From contig DFBP01000113.1 in the NCBI GenBank assembly GCA_002366685.1, positions 1-25,125 of the forward strand: DNA of 25,125 nucleotides. The letters run 5' to 3'. The notes beneath the pieces were generated by a model that worked only from the letters and a program-made list of their open reading frames with translations, ran no database searches and was not told the DNA's origin. The position numbers and the translations under genes are program-made. This DNA is from Rhodobacterales bacterium UBA3077. GTDB lineage: Bacteria > Pseudomonadota > Alphaproteobacteria > Rhodobacterales > Rhodobacteraceae. Positions 8,519-16,612 of this stretch are shown here, in pieces (position 1 is the first letter of the stretch; each line of letters begins with the position of its first letter).

Positions 8519-9175
8519 ATGAAAAACAGACCTATCAATAAGCGTTTTGTTGAGGTTGGCTCAAAAAATCTGGAAGGCATTCTCCGCGTGCCCAAGGATT
8601 CGATTGGTCTCGTGGTTTTTGCTCATGGGGCAGGAAGTAGTCATCTCAGCCCACGGAACAACTTCGTTGCGGAAAGCCTAGGTCAGCGAGGAATTGCTAC
8701 CCTTCTGTTTGATCTGTTAACAGAGGCAGAAGCGTTCGATCGAAAAAACGTATTCGATATACCGCTCCTTAGTGAGCGTTTGCTTGAGGCGGTCAGTTGG
8801 GCGCACATCGAGACTGAACTAGTTGATCTGCCTGTCGGTTTGTTTGGGTCAAGTACCGGCGCGGCTGCGGCCTTGGTCGCTGCGGCTCATGCGCCAGATA
8901 GAGTCGATGTTGTCGTGTCGCGCGGTGGGCGAGCCGATATGGCCGGAGAGGCACTGCCAAAGGTGCGGTCGCCGACACTGCTCATCGTTGGTGGAAGAGA
9001 CGGCATCGTAGTCAATATGAACGAGGAGGCCAGCAACGCACTTTGTTGTAAAAATCGGCTCGAGATAGTGCCCGGTGCAACGCACCTTTTTGAAGAGCCG
9101 GGCGCGCTTGATCAGGTGGTTGCTTTGGCGGGGGATTGGTTTGAAAAATATCTACGCGTGGCGGGAGAAAAGTGA
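8519..9175 (+). CDS. Alpha/beta hydrolase, dienelactone-hydrolase-like
   Basis: VFAHGAGSSHLSPRN, FGSSTGAAAA, VSRGGRAD and ATHLFEEPG motifs. GGAGG before ATG 8519; the track's upstream extension overlaps the promoter. Confidence 0.85.
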   Translation: MKNRPINKRFVEVGSKNLEGILRVPKDSIGLVVFAHGAGSSHLSPRNNFVAESLGQRGIATLLFDLLTEAEAFDRKNVFDIPLLSERLLEAVSWAHIETELVDLPVGLFGSSTGAAAALVAAAHAPDRVDVVVSRGGRADMAGEALPKVRSPTLLIVGGRDGIVVNMNEEASNALCCKNRLEIVPGATHLFEEPGALDQVVALAGDWFEKYLRVAGEK

Positions 9176-9837
9176 TGAAATCATTTCGTGATCGCATTGA
9201 AGCAGGTCGGTTGCTTGCAGATGAGCTAGCTAAAAAGGAATACCCAGACCCTGTGGTGCTTGCTTTGCCGCGCGGCGGTGTGCCGATTGGCCTAGAGGTA
9301 GCGCGTCGTTTGAAAGCACCGCTCGACCTCGTCATGGTGCGCAAAATCGGCGTGCCTTATCAGCCAGAGCTAGCTGCCGCGGCCGTAGTAAACGGCGATC
9401 ATCCTGAACTTGTGATAAACGAAGCTATCGTCGCCAGAGTCGGCTTAGATAAAAGCGAAATTAATCATCTGGCCGACGTACAGCTTGCCGAAATCAAGCG
9501 CCGACGCGGGATATACTTGAAGGATCGCGCACCAGTTTCTGTAGAAGGGCGAACGGCGATCGTTGTCGATGACGGTATAGCCACGGGAGCCACCGTTCGG
9601 GCATCACTGAAGGCAGTGCGTCGTAGAAATCCTGAAAAACTTGTGCTCGCGGTTCCCGTGGCATCTGCCGACGCACTTGAATTGCTTCGCGCCCAAGTTG
9701 ACGATCTTATTTGCATCGAAACGCCGGAGTTATTCTACGCTATCGGCGCTCATTACATCGACTTTTCGCAGGTGTCCGATGAAGAAGTGGTACTTCTGCT
9801 CAATGAGGCCGACCAGTTATGTGCGCCGTCAAAGTGA
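9175..9837 (+). CDS. Type I phosphoribosyltransferase-family protein
   Basis: VLALPRGGVP and PRPP-binding VDDGIATGAT. The TGATG stop/start overlap couples it to the hydrolase. Confidence 0.9.
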   Translation: MKSFRDRIEAGRLLADELAKKEYPDPVVLALPRGGVPIGLEVARRLKAPLDLVMVRKIGVPYQPELAAAAVVNGDHPELVINEAIVARVGLDKSEINHLADVQLAEIKRRRGIYLKDRAPVSVEGRTAIVVDDGIATGATVRASLKAVRRRNPEKLVLAVPVASADALELLRAQVDDLICIETPELFYAIGAHYIDFSQVSDEEVVLLLNEADQLCAPSK

Positions 9838-9928
9838 TTTCAAGAAATCTGCACCTAAGTCTAAGCTATTACGTTTAATGCGTGGTGTTTTCGCACTCTG
9901 CGGGACAGGAACCAACACAAAATAGAGG

Positions 9929-11203
9929 CTATTCTTTTATATAGGCTTGCCCATCGGCGGCTGGTGGGCGCGCACGGCCGACAAGTCCGGCCACAAGAAT
10001 GATCGTCGCTATATATGGTGCCATCGCCAGAAACTCGGAAGGAATCGGCGTTTGTAGAAGCGCCAGTTTTTGCTGCATGGAATCCGCAAAGCCGAAGACC
10101 AGCGCCGCCATTAACGCCCCGAACGGATGCCATCGACCTACAATCATCGCCGCCAACCCGATATAGCCAAGTCCGTTTGTCATACCTTCGTCAAATCGCC
10201 CGACCGAGCCCAGCGTAAACCATGCGCCGCCAAAGCCAGCAACCATTCCGGCCACAGTCACGTTGATGTAGCGCGTCCGGTAGACATTGATACCAAGAGT
10301 ATCGGCAGCCTGCGGATGCTCGCCGACCGCGCGAGCGCGCAGGCCGCTCCGCGTATAGAACAAGTAATAGGTGGCAACGCAGACCATAATGAACGCGCCA
10401 TAAACAAATATGTTTTGCTGGAAGAAAACCGGCCCGATCACCGGTAGATCACTCAAGAAAGGAATACGAACCGGCCGAAACACTGGGGCATTATTCAGAA
10501 AACGGAACTCCTGATAGACTTGGCTGCTGACGTAAGAAGTCACGCCAAGCACAAAGAGGTTGATCACAACACCGGCGATGATCTGGTCAACGCGGTAAGT
10601 CACCACCAGCGCCGCCAAAATAAAGCCAAACAAACCACCGACCGCAACCGCCGCAGCCAAGCCGCCAAATCCACCAAGCAGCGAACCGACCAACGCGCCG
10701 GTAAAGGCACCCGCCAATAGCATTCCCTCTATGGCGATATTAACGACCGCTACCCTTTCAGAGAGAACGCCTGCCAGCCCACCGAGCGCTATGGGAACCG
10801 CCCGCACAACCGTTGCTTGAAGCATGCCCGTCAGGGAAAACGATTTTCCCGCCGTTGCCCAGACGAGAAACGCGGCAACCGCCAACAACAGCCCAAACCC
10901 CATTGAAAGTCCCGTCCATTTGACTCCGCCACGCATGAACTGTCGCGCGCCCAAAAAAGCCAGAACCGCCGCCGCGATGTAACTGAATGCCATCGCGGGC
11001 ACGACCAGATTAGGGGCCGCCCAAGGATCGTTGGGACGTGACAGGCGGAATACGGCGTCTCCTCCCGACGTGCCAAAGGCAAAGACATAGGCCACAAGGA
11101 CGGATAAGCAAATCAATATCACACCAGTATTTCTGGCCTGACGGACCTTCGCAGTATCCAGTTTGCGAGCTTGAGCATCTATCGGATTCATCGTTTTTGC
11201 CAT
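9929..11203 (-). CDS. ABC transporter permease (nucleoside/sugar type, BMP-associated)
   Basis: LSERVAVVNIAIEGML, GLRARAVGEHP and GLGYIGLAAMIVGRW motifs; multi-TM. Confidence 0.9.
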   Translation of the reverse strand: MAKTMNPIDAQARKLDTAKVRQARNTGVILICLSVLVAYVFAFGTSGGDAVFRLSRPNDPWAAPNLVVPAMAFSYIAAAVLAFLGARQFMRGGVKWTGLSMGFGLLLAVAAFLVWATAGKSFSLTGMLQATVVRAVPIALGGLAGVLSERVAVVNIAIEGMLLAGAFTGALVGSLLGGFGGLAAAVAVGGLFGFILAALVVTYRVDQIIAGVVINLFVLGVTSYVSSQVYQEFRFLNNAPVFRPVRIPFLSDLPVIGPVFFQQNIFVYGAFIMVCVATYYLFYTRSGLRARAVGEHPQAADTLGINVYRTRYINVTVAGMVAGFGGAWFTLGSVGRFDEGMTNGLGYIGLAAMIVGRWHPFGALMAALVFGFADSMQQKLALLQTPIPSEFLAMAPYIATIILVAGLVGRARPPAADGQAYIKE

Positions 11204-11209
11204 ATCCGT

Positions 11210-12343
11210 TTACTCCTTTCCTGCACGGGTTTCTTTTTGAAACCCCCAGGGGAAAATCTTTCTGACCAAAAGCGGCGCGGCAATGAAAACAATTATGAGC
11301 GCCTGAATGATCGCGATCAGGTCGATACTGACCCCGGCATCAACCTGCATCTGGCGGCCACCAGCCTCCAAAGCGCCAAACAACAGCCCCGCCATCAATA
11401 CGCCTACCGGATGGGATCGCCCAAGTAAGGCGACAGCGATGGCATCAAACCCGATTCCCGCCGAAAAGCCGGGTGTTGCCCGCCCAAGCACGCCCAACGT
11501 CTGGTTGGCACCGGCAAGGCCGGCCATGGCACCGGCAAAGACCATAACGATCACGATAATCAACCCCGATCGCATACCGGCATAGCGTGCAGCCTCGGGG
11601 TTGGCCCCACTGGCGCGGAATTCAAAGCCGAAGGTCGTTTTGAACAGAAGCCAGTACACGAGGAACACCGCGACCAGCATCACGAATAACCCGCTATGGA
11701 GCCGAAGGTTGGGGTCTATCCATTCCAGCAACCGGGGGAGCTCGGCACTATCCAGAACCGATCTGGAAATAGGGTCGGCGCGACCTTCACGCTGCACCAC
11801 TGGCAGGCGCAAGATGTAATCAACCAGCCGGTACGACATCAGGTTCAGCATTATGGTGGAAATAACCTCATGAGCACCCGTCGCGGCGCGCAGCCAGCCA
11901 GCGATACCGGCATACAGTCCGCCCGCAACAGCGCCAGCAATAAGGGCAAGCGGAAGGTGCACGTATGTCGGCATTCCGGCAAAACTAAAGCCCACAATGA
12001 CCGCAGCCATGCCGCCGATTAAAAGCTGTCCTTCAGCCCCGATATTAAACAGCCCCGCCCTGAATCCAACAGCCATGCCCAAGCTGGCCAGAACCAAAGG
12101 CGTTGCCGCCGTCAGAGTTTCTGAAATAGCATTTACAGAGCCAACCGAACCCACAACAAGCGCCACGTATGAGCGCCCGATTGTTGCTAGGTCAACATTC
12201 GTTGCCAGCATGGCAACCGCGCCAAGAATGAGCGCTACGATGACCGCAAAAACGGGGACCACGACCATGTCCTCGAAATCAACGCGACCCGGAGCCGCGC
12301 GTTGCAGGAGTTTTTCAGATAAGCTTTCCGTTTGCTCGTTCAT
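11210..12343 (-). CDS. ABC transporter permease (nucleoside/sugar type)
   Basis: FRAGLFNIGAEGQ, GAHEVISTIMLN, GFEFRASGANPEAARYAG and GFDAIAVALLG motifs. Confidence 0.9.
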   Translation of the reverse strand: MNEQTESLSEKLLQRAAPGRVDFEDMVVVPVFAVIVALILGAVAMLATNVDLATIGRSYVALVVGSVGSVNAISETLTAATPLVLASLGMAVGFRAGLFNIGAEGQLLIGGMAAVIVGFSFAGMPTYVHLPLALIAGAVAGGLYAGIAGWLRAATGAHEVISTIMLNLMSYRLVDYILRLPVVQREGRADPISRSVLDSAELPRLLEWIDPNLRLHSGLFVMLVAVFLVYWLLFKTTFGFEFRASGANPEAARYAGMRSGLIIVIVMVFAGAMAGLAGANQTLGVLGRATPGFSAGIGFDAIAVALLGRSHPVGVLMAGLLFGALEAGGRQMQVDAGVSIDLIAIIQALIIVFIAAPLLVRKIFPWGFQKETRAGKE

Positions 12344-13851
12344 GCCACTGCTCCTGCCATTGCTAAACCGATGGTGTTTTTATCGAGTGGATGTGTGGTC
12401 GCATCAAACTCCGCCACGATCCGGCCTTCAAACATCACCACAACCCTATCCGAAAGAGCCATTATTTCATCGAGTTCAGATGAAACAAACAAAACTCCGT
12501 CGCCTTCATCGCGGGCGTTGATGATGCGGCTATGAATATATTCGATTGATCCGACATCAAGCCCGCGTGTCGGCTGCGCCGCAATCAAAAACATGGTTTC
12601 GCGGGACAATTCGCGCGCGACGACCATCTTTTGCTGATTGCCTCCCGAAAGATTACCCGCCGCATCGTGCACCGAGGTCATTCGCACATCATAATCCGCC
12701 GCCACCCGCGCCGAGTTTTTATAGGCTTTTGGCCAGTTTATTACTCGGTGCTTTGAGAAGCGATCATCGTAGTAGGTATCAAGAACCATATTCTCGGCGA
12801 TGCTGAAGTCGGCGATCATACCCATCCGCTGTCTGTCCTCGGGAATATGCGCAATTCCCATCCGGTGCCGCGCCCTTGTCGAGGCGTGCGTGATGTTTTG
12901 ACCGTTGAATTTTACTGTTCCACCAGCTACGCGTGTCAGACCGGTCAGAGCTTCGATCAAAGAAGACTGGCCGTTACCCTGCACGCCCGCAACGCCAACT
13001 ATTTCGCCGCTGTGCACTTTCAGGTTAATGCCATCAACAGCAACATCATCGTTCTCTCGCAACACCGTCAAGTCCTCAATATCCAGCAAAACATCCGCAG
13101 GTGCATAGGGCTCTTTGTCCACGTTAAAACTAACCGGGCGCCCAACCATCATTTCGGCTAATTCAGTCTGTGTTGTTGTTTGGGGGTCTCCCTCACCGAC
13201 GATCTGGCCACGCCGCAAAACGCTAATGCGATCGGAGATATCCAGAATTTCATGTAGTTTATGAGTTATAAAAACAATCGCCTTGCCCGTGTCGCGCAGA
13301 GATTTGACGATCTCGAAAAACTCGGTGACCTCTTGCGGGGTTAACACAGCCGTAGGCTCATCAAATATAATTACATCAGCAGAACGAAACAAAACCTTGA
13401 TGATCTCAACACGTTGCTGAATGCCGACCGGCAGGTTTTCGATCAGCTCGTCCGGATCAACCTCAAGGCCGTATTTCTGGTTAATTTCGCGCACTTGCAG
13501 GCGCGCTTTCTTCAGGTCCAGATAGTCGATCTTTCCCGTTGGCTCAACGCCTAGGATAACATTCTCGGCGACCGTAAAAACGGGGATCAGCATAAAGTGC
13601 TGATGCACCATGCCGATACCGGCACTAATTGAATCCCCCGGGCCTTTGAAATCCACGGGCTTGCCATTAATCAAAATTTCGCCTTCGTCGGCGGTGTAAA
13701 GCCCGCTCAGAACATTCATGAGGGTAGATTTTCCAGCGCCGTTCTCACCGAGAAGCCCCAAAACTTCGCCCGCACGAATTGTCAGATTGACATCGTCATT
13801 GGCGACGACTTCACCGAAACGTTTGGTGATATTGCGTAACTCGACTTCCAA
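12340..13851 (-). CDS. ABC transporter ATP-binding protein (two-domain, CUT2/NupA-like)
   Basis: Walker A GENGAGKS, FDEPT, LSGGNQQK and QPTRGLD. Probable TTG start at 13851 after AGGAG. Confidence 0.92.
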   Translation of the reverse strand: MEVELRNITKRFGEVVANDDVNLTIRAGEVLGLLGENGAGKSTLMNVLSGLYTADEGEILINGKPVDFKGPGDSISAGIGMVHQHFMLIPVFTVAENVILGVEPTGKIDYLDLKKARLQVREINQKYGLEVDPDELIENLPVGIQQRVEIIKVLFRSADVIIFDEPTAVLTPQEVTEFFEIVKSLRDTGKAIVFITHKLHEILDISDRISVLRRGQIVGEGDPQTTTQTELAEMMVGRPVSFNVDKEPYAPADVLLDIEDLTVLRENDDVAVDGINLKVHSGEIVGVAGVQGNGQSSLIEALTGLTRVAGGTVKFNGQNITHASTRARHRMGIAHIPEDRQRMGMIADFSIAENMVLDTYYDDRFSKHRVINWPKAYKNSARVAADYDVRMTSVHDAAGNLSGGNQQKMVVARELSRETMFLIAAQPTRGLDVGSIEYIHSRIINARDEGDGVLFVSSELDEIMALSDRVVVMFEGRIVAEFDATTHPLDKNTIGLAMAGAVA

Positions 13852-13881
13852 TGTACTGCTCCTGACACAGGGACTATAAGG

Positions 13882-13914
13882 TCCGCCGCCAAAGCTCCAA
13901 ACCATGGCGACGGA
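13882..13914 (-). other. Intercistronic stem-loop between the substrate-binding and ATPase genes
   Basis: mRNA strand TCCGTCGCCA-13nt-TGGCGGCGGA, a 10-bp stem with one G-U pair. Confidence 0.5.
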
Positions 13915-13932
13915 TAGCGTTACTTTAGTGTG

Positions 13933-14964
13933 TCAGCCACCGACCGAAATTGAACCGTCAGAAATGCCCTGACGAATAACGTCAAGTTCCTTCTTCAATT
14001 CATCGGAAACCATGGCTTCCATATCATGGAAAGGTGCAAGATCGACACCGCCATTGGCGAGTGTACCCACAAGAACGCCACCTTCGAAAGTGCCGGACAT
14101 AGCCGCTTCGATAACATCCAATACAGTAGCATCCATCCGTTTGGTGATAGATGTCAGATAGACGTGCTGTTTGGCAGGGTCGGTCAGATAAAGGTCCGCA
14201 TCAACCCCAATGATCTTCAACTTGTCTACGCCCAGTTCATCTGCCAGCGCCGCGGAGCCCAAACCTACCGGGCCAGCAACCGGAAGCACAATGTCGGCTC
14301 CTTCGTCATAGAGGTTTTGGGCATAGGCACGCCCGTCATCTAGCGAGTCGAAGTTGTTGGTAAACAACCCTTCGCGGCTATCGACATCCCAACCCAGCAC
14401 TGCAACGTTCGTTCCTTTTTCGGCGTTGTGATAGTTAACGCCGTGAACAAAGCCATCCATAAAGATAGTTACCGGTGGAATATTGATGCCACCAAAAGTC
14501 CCGACAATGCCGGTCTCAGAGACACCTGCAGCTAAGTAGCCCGCCATAAACGCAGCCTCGTCGGTGGCGTAGACCTGCCCGAGAACATTCGGAATTGCCG
14601 GATCGTAAGCATAATCGACGATCGAGAATTTTTGATCAGGGTTGGCTTCGGCCGCTGCCTGAGTTGCATCGCCCAGTAAGAAACCAACGGTAATGATAAC
14701 ATCACATTGGCCGCCGAGTAGCGAAACGATATTCGCCTCGTAATCCGTTTCGGCTTGGGATTCCAGAAAACGACCATCAATCCCTAGGGTCTCCTGTGCG
14801 TCCAGAACGCCTTTCCAGGCTGTTTGGTTAAAGCTGTTGTCATCAATACCGCCAGTATCTGTCACCTGACAAGCTGTGAAATCCGCCGCGGCAACTGTGC
14901 TGCCCAGCAAGATTCCGACTCCTGAAATCAGGGCCAGCACCTTATTTTTTTGTAGTTCAAGCAT
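13933..14964 (-). CDS. BMP-family ABC substrate-binding protein (nucleoside/purine-type)
   Basis: TDTGGIDDNSFNQ, EAAFMAGYLAA, PVAGPVGLG, IIGVDAD and TSITKRMD motifs. Sec-type signal peptide. Confidence 0.9.
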   Translation of the reverse strand: MLELQKNKVLALISGVGILLGSTVAAADFTACQVTDTGGIDDNSFNQTAWKGVLDAQETLGIDGRFLESQAETDYEANIVSLLGGQCDVIITVGFLLGDATQAAAEANPDQKFSIVDYAYDPAIPNVLGQVYATDEAAFMAGYLAAGVSETGIVGTFGGINIPPVTIFMDGFVHGVNYHNAEKGTNVAVLGWDVDSREGLFTNNFDSLDDGRAYAQNLYDEGADIVLPVAGPVGLGSAALADELGVDKLKIIGVDADLYLTDPAKQHVYLTSITKRMDATVLDVIEAAMSGTFEGGVLVGTLANGGVDLAPFHDMEAMVSDELKKELDVIRQGISDGSISVGG

Positions 14965-15096
14965 CGCATATTCCTCCTGATAAAATGGAGTAGATGGAAG
15001 GCATCAATAACAGAACCCGAGTATCCCACCTCGCTCCTATAGCAGATTTTGTCTGCCAGCATCCGCCCATTCAATCACTGATCGAGCGAAGCATCA

Positions 15097-15138
15097 ATGA
15101 TTTAAGTCAAAAACATGAGGGATTAAACGTGATACACT
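15097..15138 (+). promoter_or_regulatory. Class II FNR/FixK-type promoter upstream of the DUF2267-like fragment
   Basis: ATGAT-TTAA-GTCAA (15097-15110), exactly 22 nt, then TACACT (15133-15138). Confidence 0.62.
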
Positions 15139-15184
15139 GAAGGGAGTCGAACGCATTTCTTAACATTAGAGTAAGGAGATCGTT

Positions 15185-15250
15185 ATGAGCAATCTGGGCC
15201 TCGAAATGATCGATCGCACTGTTCAATTGACCCAGGAGTGGATCAACGAG
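15185..15250 (+). pseudogene. 5' fragment of a DUF2267-like gene truncated by the IS3
   Basis: AAGGAG RBS, then MSNLGLEMIDRTVQLTQEWINE, which resembles DUF2267 N-termini as recalled. The frame runs into the IS end. Confidence 0.6.
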
Positions 15251-15305
15251 GTGCCCCTAGAATTGTAGACACCTTTTTACCTAAAAATAAGGCAATGAGG
15301 CCACC

Positions 15306-15618
15306 ATGGCAATGCAAGATTCAGTGAGCTTTTCAAATGGGATGCGGTGCATCAAATTGTGGTGCGGGGATATCCGGTTGCGGAGGTTTCGAAGCGATTA
15401 GGTGTCAGCTCTCACTCGTTATACGCTTGGGTGAAGAAGTTTTCCAAAGCACCTGACATTGACACCGGAGACGAACACGCAACCGAGAACAGGCGGTTAA
15501 GGCGGGCGCTGGCACGTGTCACGGAGGAGCGTGATATCCGAAAAAAGGCCACCGTATGTCGACCGGCAGGTGAATGGCACATTCACCGAGAGGGAACTTC
15601 GCCAGAGATGCCAAATGA
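15306..15618 (+). pseudogene. IS3 OrfA pseudogene
   Basis: DAVHQIVVRGYPVAEVSKRLGVSSHSLYAWVKKF...ERDIRKKATV|YFARDAK*. There is an apparent 1-nt deletion after the ATG and a 38-bp insert near the end. Confidence 0.85.
15558..15595 (-). repeat. 38-bp hairpin mini-element, copy B (divergent)
   Basis: Minus: (T)CCCTCTC-GGTGAATG-TGC-CATTCACC-TGCCGGTCGAC, a perfect 8-bp stem. Removal restores ACC GTA TAC TTC GCC AGA GAT GCC AAA TGA. The boundary is ambiguous by 1 nt. Confidence 0.8.
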
Positions 15619-15632
15619 AGTATGCGTTTATT

Positions 15633-15672
15633 CACTGCCCGGCAGGGTATTGCGCAGCAATGCAATAGAGGA
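15633..15672 (-). repeat. 40-bp hairpin mini-element, copy C
   Basis: Minus: TCCTCTAT-TGCATTGC-TGC-GCAATACC-CTGCCGGGCAGTG. Removal restores TTT ATT GAA GAG CAT. Confidence 0.9.
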
Positions 15673-15858
15673 GAAGAGCATCGCCCTCTGTTTTCGGTCC
15701 GTGCGATGTGCCGTTGTTTGCGCGCTCACCCCAGTGGTTTCTATGCGTGGCTGAAGAACCCTCACAGCAAAAGGGCCGCCAAAGATATGCGTCAGACGAA
15801 GTTGATTAAAGAGGCTTGGGAAGAAAGCGGCAAGGTTTACGGCTACCGCAAGCTGCAT

Positions 15859-15898
15859 CCCTCTATTTGATCGCTGCGCAATCAGCTGCCGGGCAGTG
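15859..15898 (+). repeat. 40-bp hairpin mini-element, copy D
   Basis: CCCTCTAT-TTGATCGC-TGC-GCAATCAG-CTGCCGGGCAGTG. Removal restores AAG CTG CAT GAT GAT CTC. Confidence 0.92.
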
Positions 15899-16346
15899 GA
15901 TGATCTCTGTGATCAAGGTGAGACCTACTGCCCTAAACGTGTGGGGCGTCTGGTTCGGTTGGGCGGTATCAAAGCCCAGATCGGCTATAAACGCCGCCCT
16001 GGCAAGTATGGCGGCAAACTATCGGTTGTGGTGGATAACACGTAGAATCGCCGCTTTGATGTCGATGCACCGGACAGGTTCTGTGTGACTGACATCACCT
16101 ATATCAAAACCTATGAAGGGTTTTTGTCTCTAGCGGTCGTTATTGATCTATATTCCCGTCGTGTGGTCGGTTGGGCGACGCACAGCCGTCAATACACCGA
16201 CCTTGCTCTGCAAGCAATACTGATGGCGGTGTGGCGACGCAAGCCATTGAATCAAGTGTTGATCCATTCCGACCAAGGCACACAATTCACCAGCATGGAA
16301 TGGGCAACATTTCTAAAGCATCACAATCTTGAACATAGCATGAGCC

Positions 16347-16387
16347 CCCTTTCGGCAGATTGCTCCGCAATCGCCTGCCGGGCAATG
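16347..16387 (+). repeat. 41-bp hairpin mini-element, copy E
   Basis: CCCTTTC-GGCAGATTGC-TCC-GCAATCGC-CTGCCGGGCAATG. Removal restores ATG AGC CGA CGA GGG AAT TGC (MSRRGNC). Confidence 0.9.
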
Positions 16388-16612
16388 GACGAGGGAATTG
16401 CCATGATAATGCCGTTGCCGAGAGCGTTTTTAATCTGTTGAAACGGGAACACATCAGACGGCGACTATATAAAACCAGAGAAGACGCAAGGCGTGATATC
16501 TTCGATTACATCAACGGCTTCTATAACCCGCGCCGGAGACACTCAACATTAGGCTGGAAAAGCCCCTTGGCTTTCGAAAGGATTGCCGCTTAAATGAGAT
16601 CTTGGGGCCGCA

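Larger units (their letters stand above)
15615..16593 (+). pseudogene. IS3 OrfB (DDE integrase) pseudogene
   Basis: MKYAFI|EEHRPLFSVRAMC...YGYRKLH|DDL...VTDITYI...IHSDQG...SMS|RRGNCHDNAVAES. It has three inserts plus an in-frame TAG at 16043. Confidence 0.9.

Noticed and set aside
15558-16387. The repeated ~40-bp hairpins as a CRISPR array or integron attC array
   Set aside because: Spacing is irregular, orientations are mixed, and the intervening DNA is contiguous transposase coding sequence. No cas or integrase gene is present.
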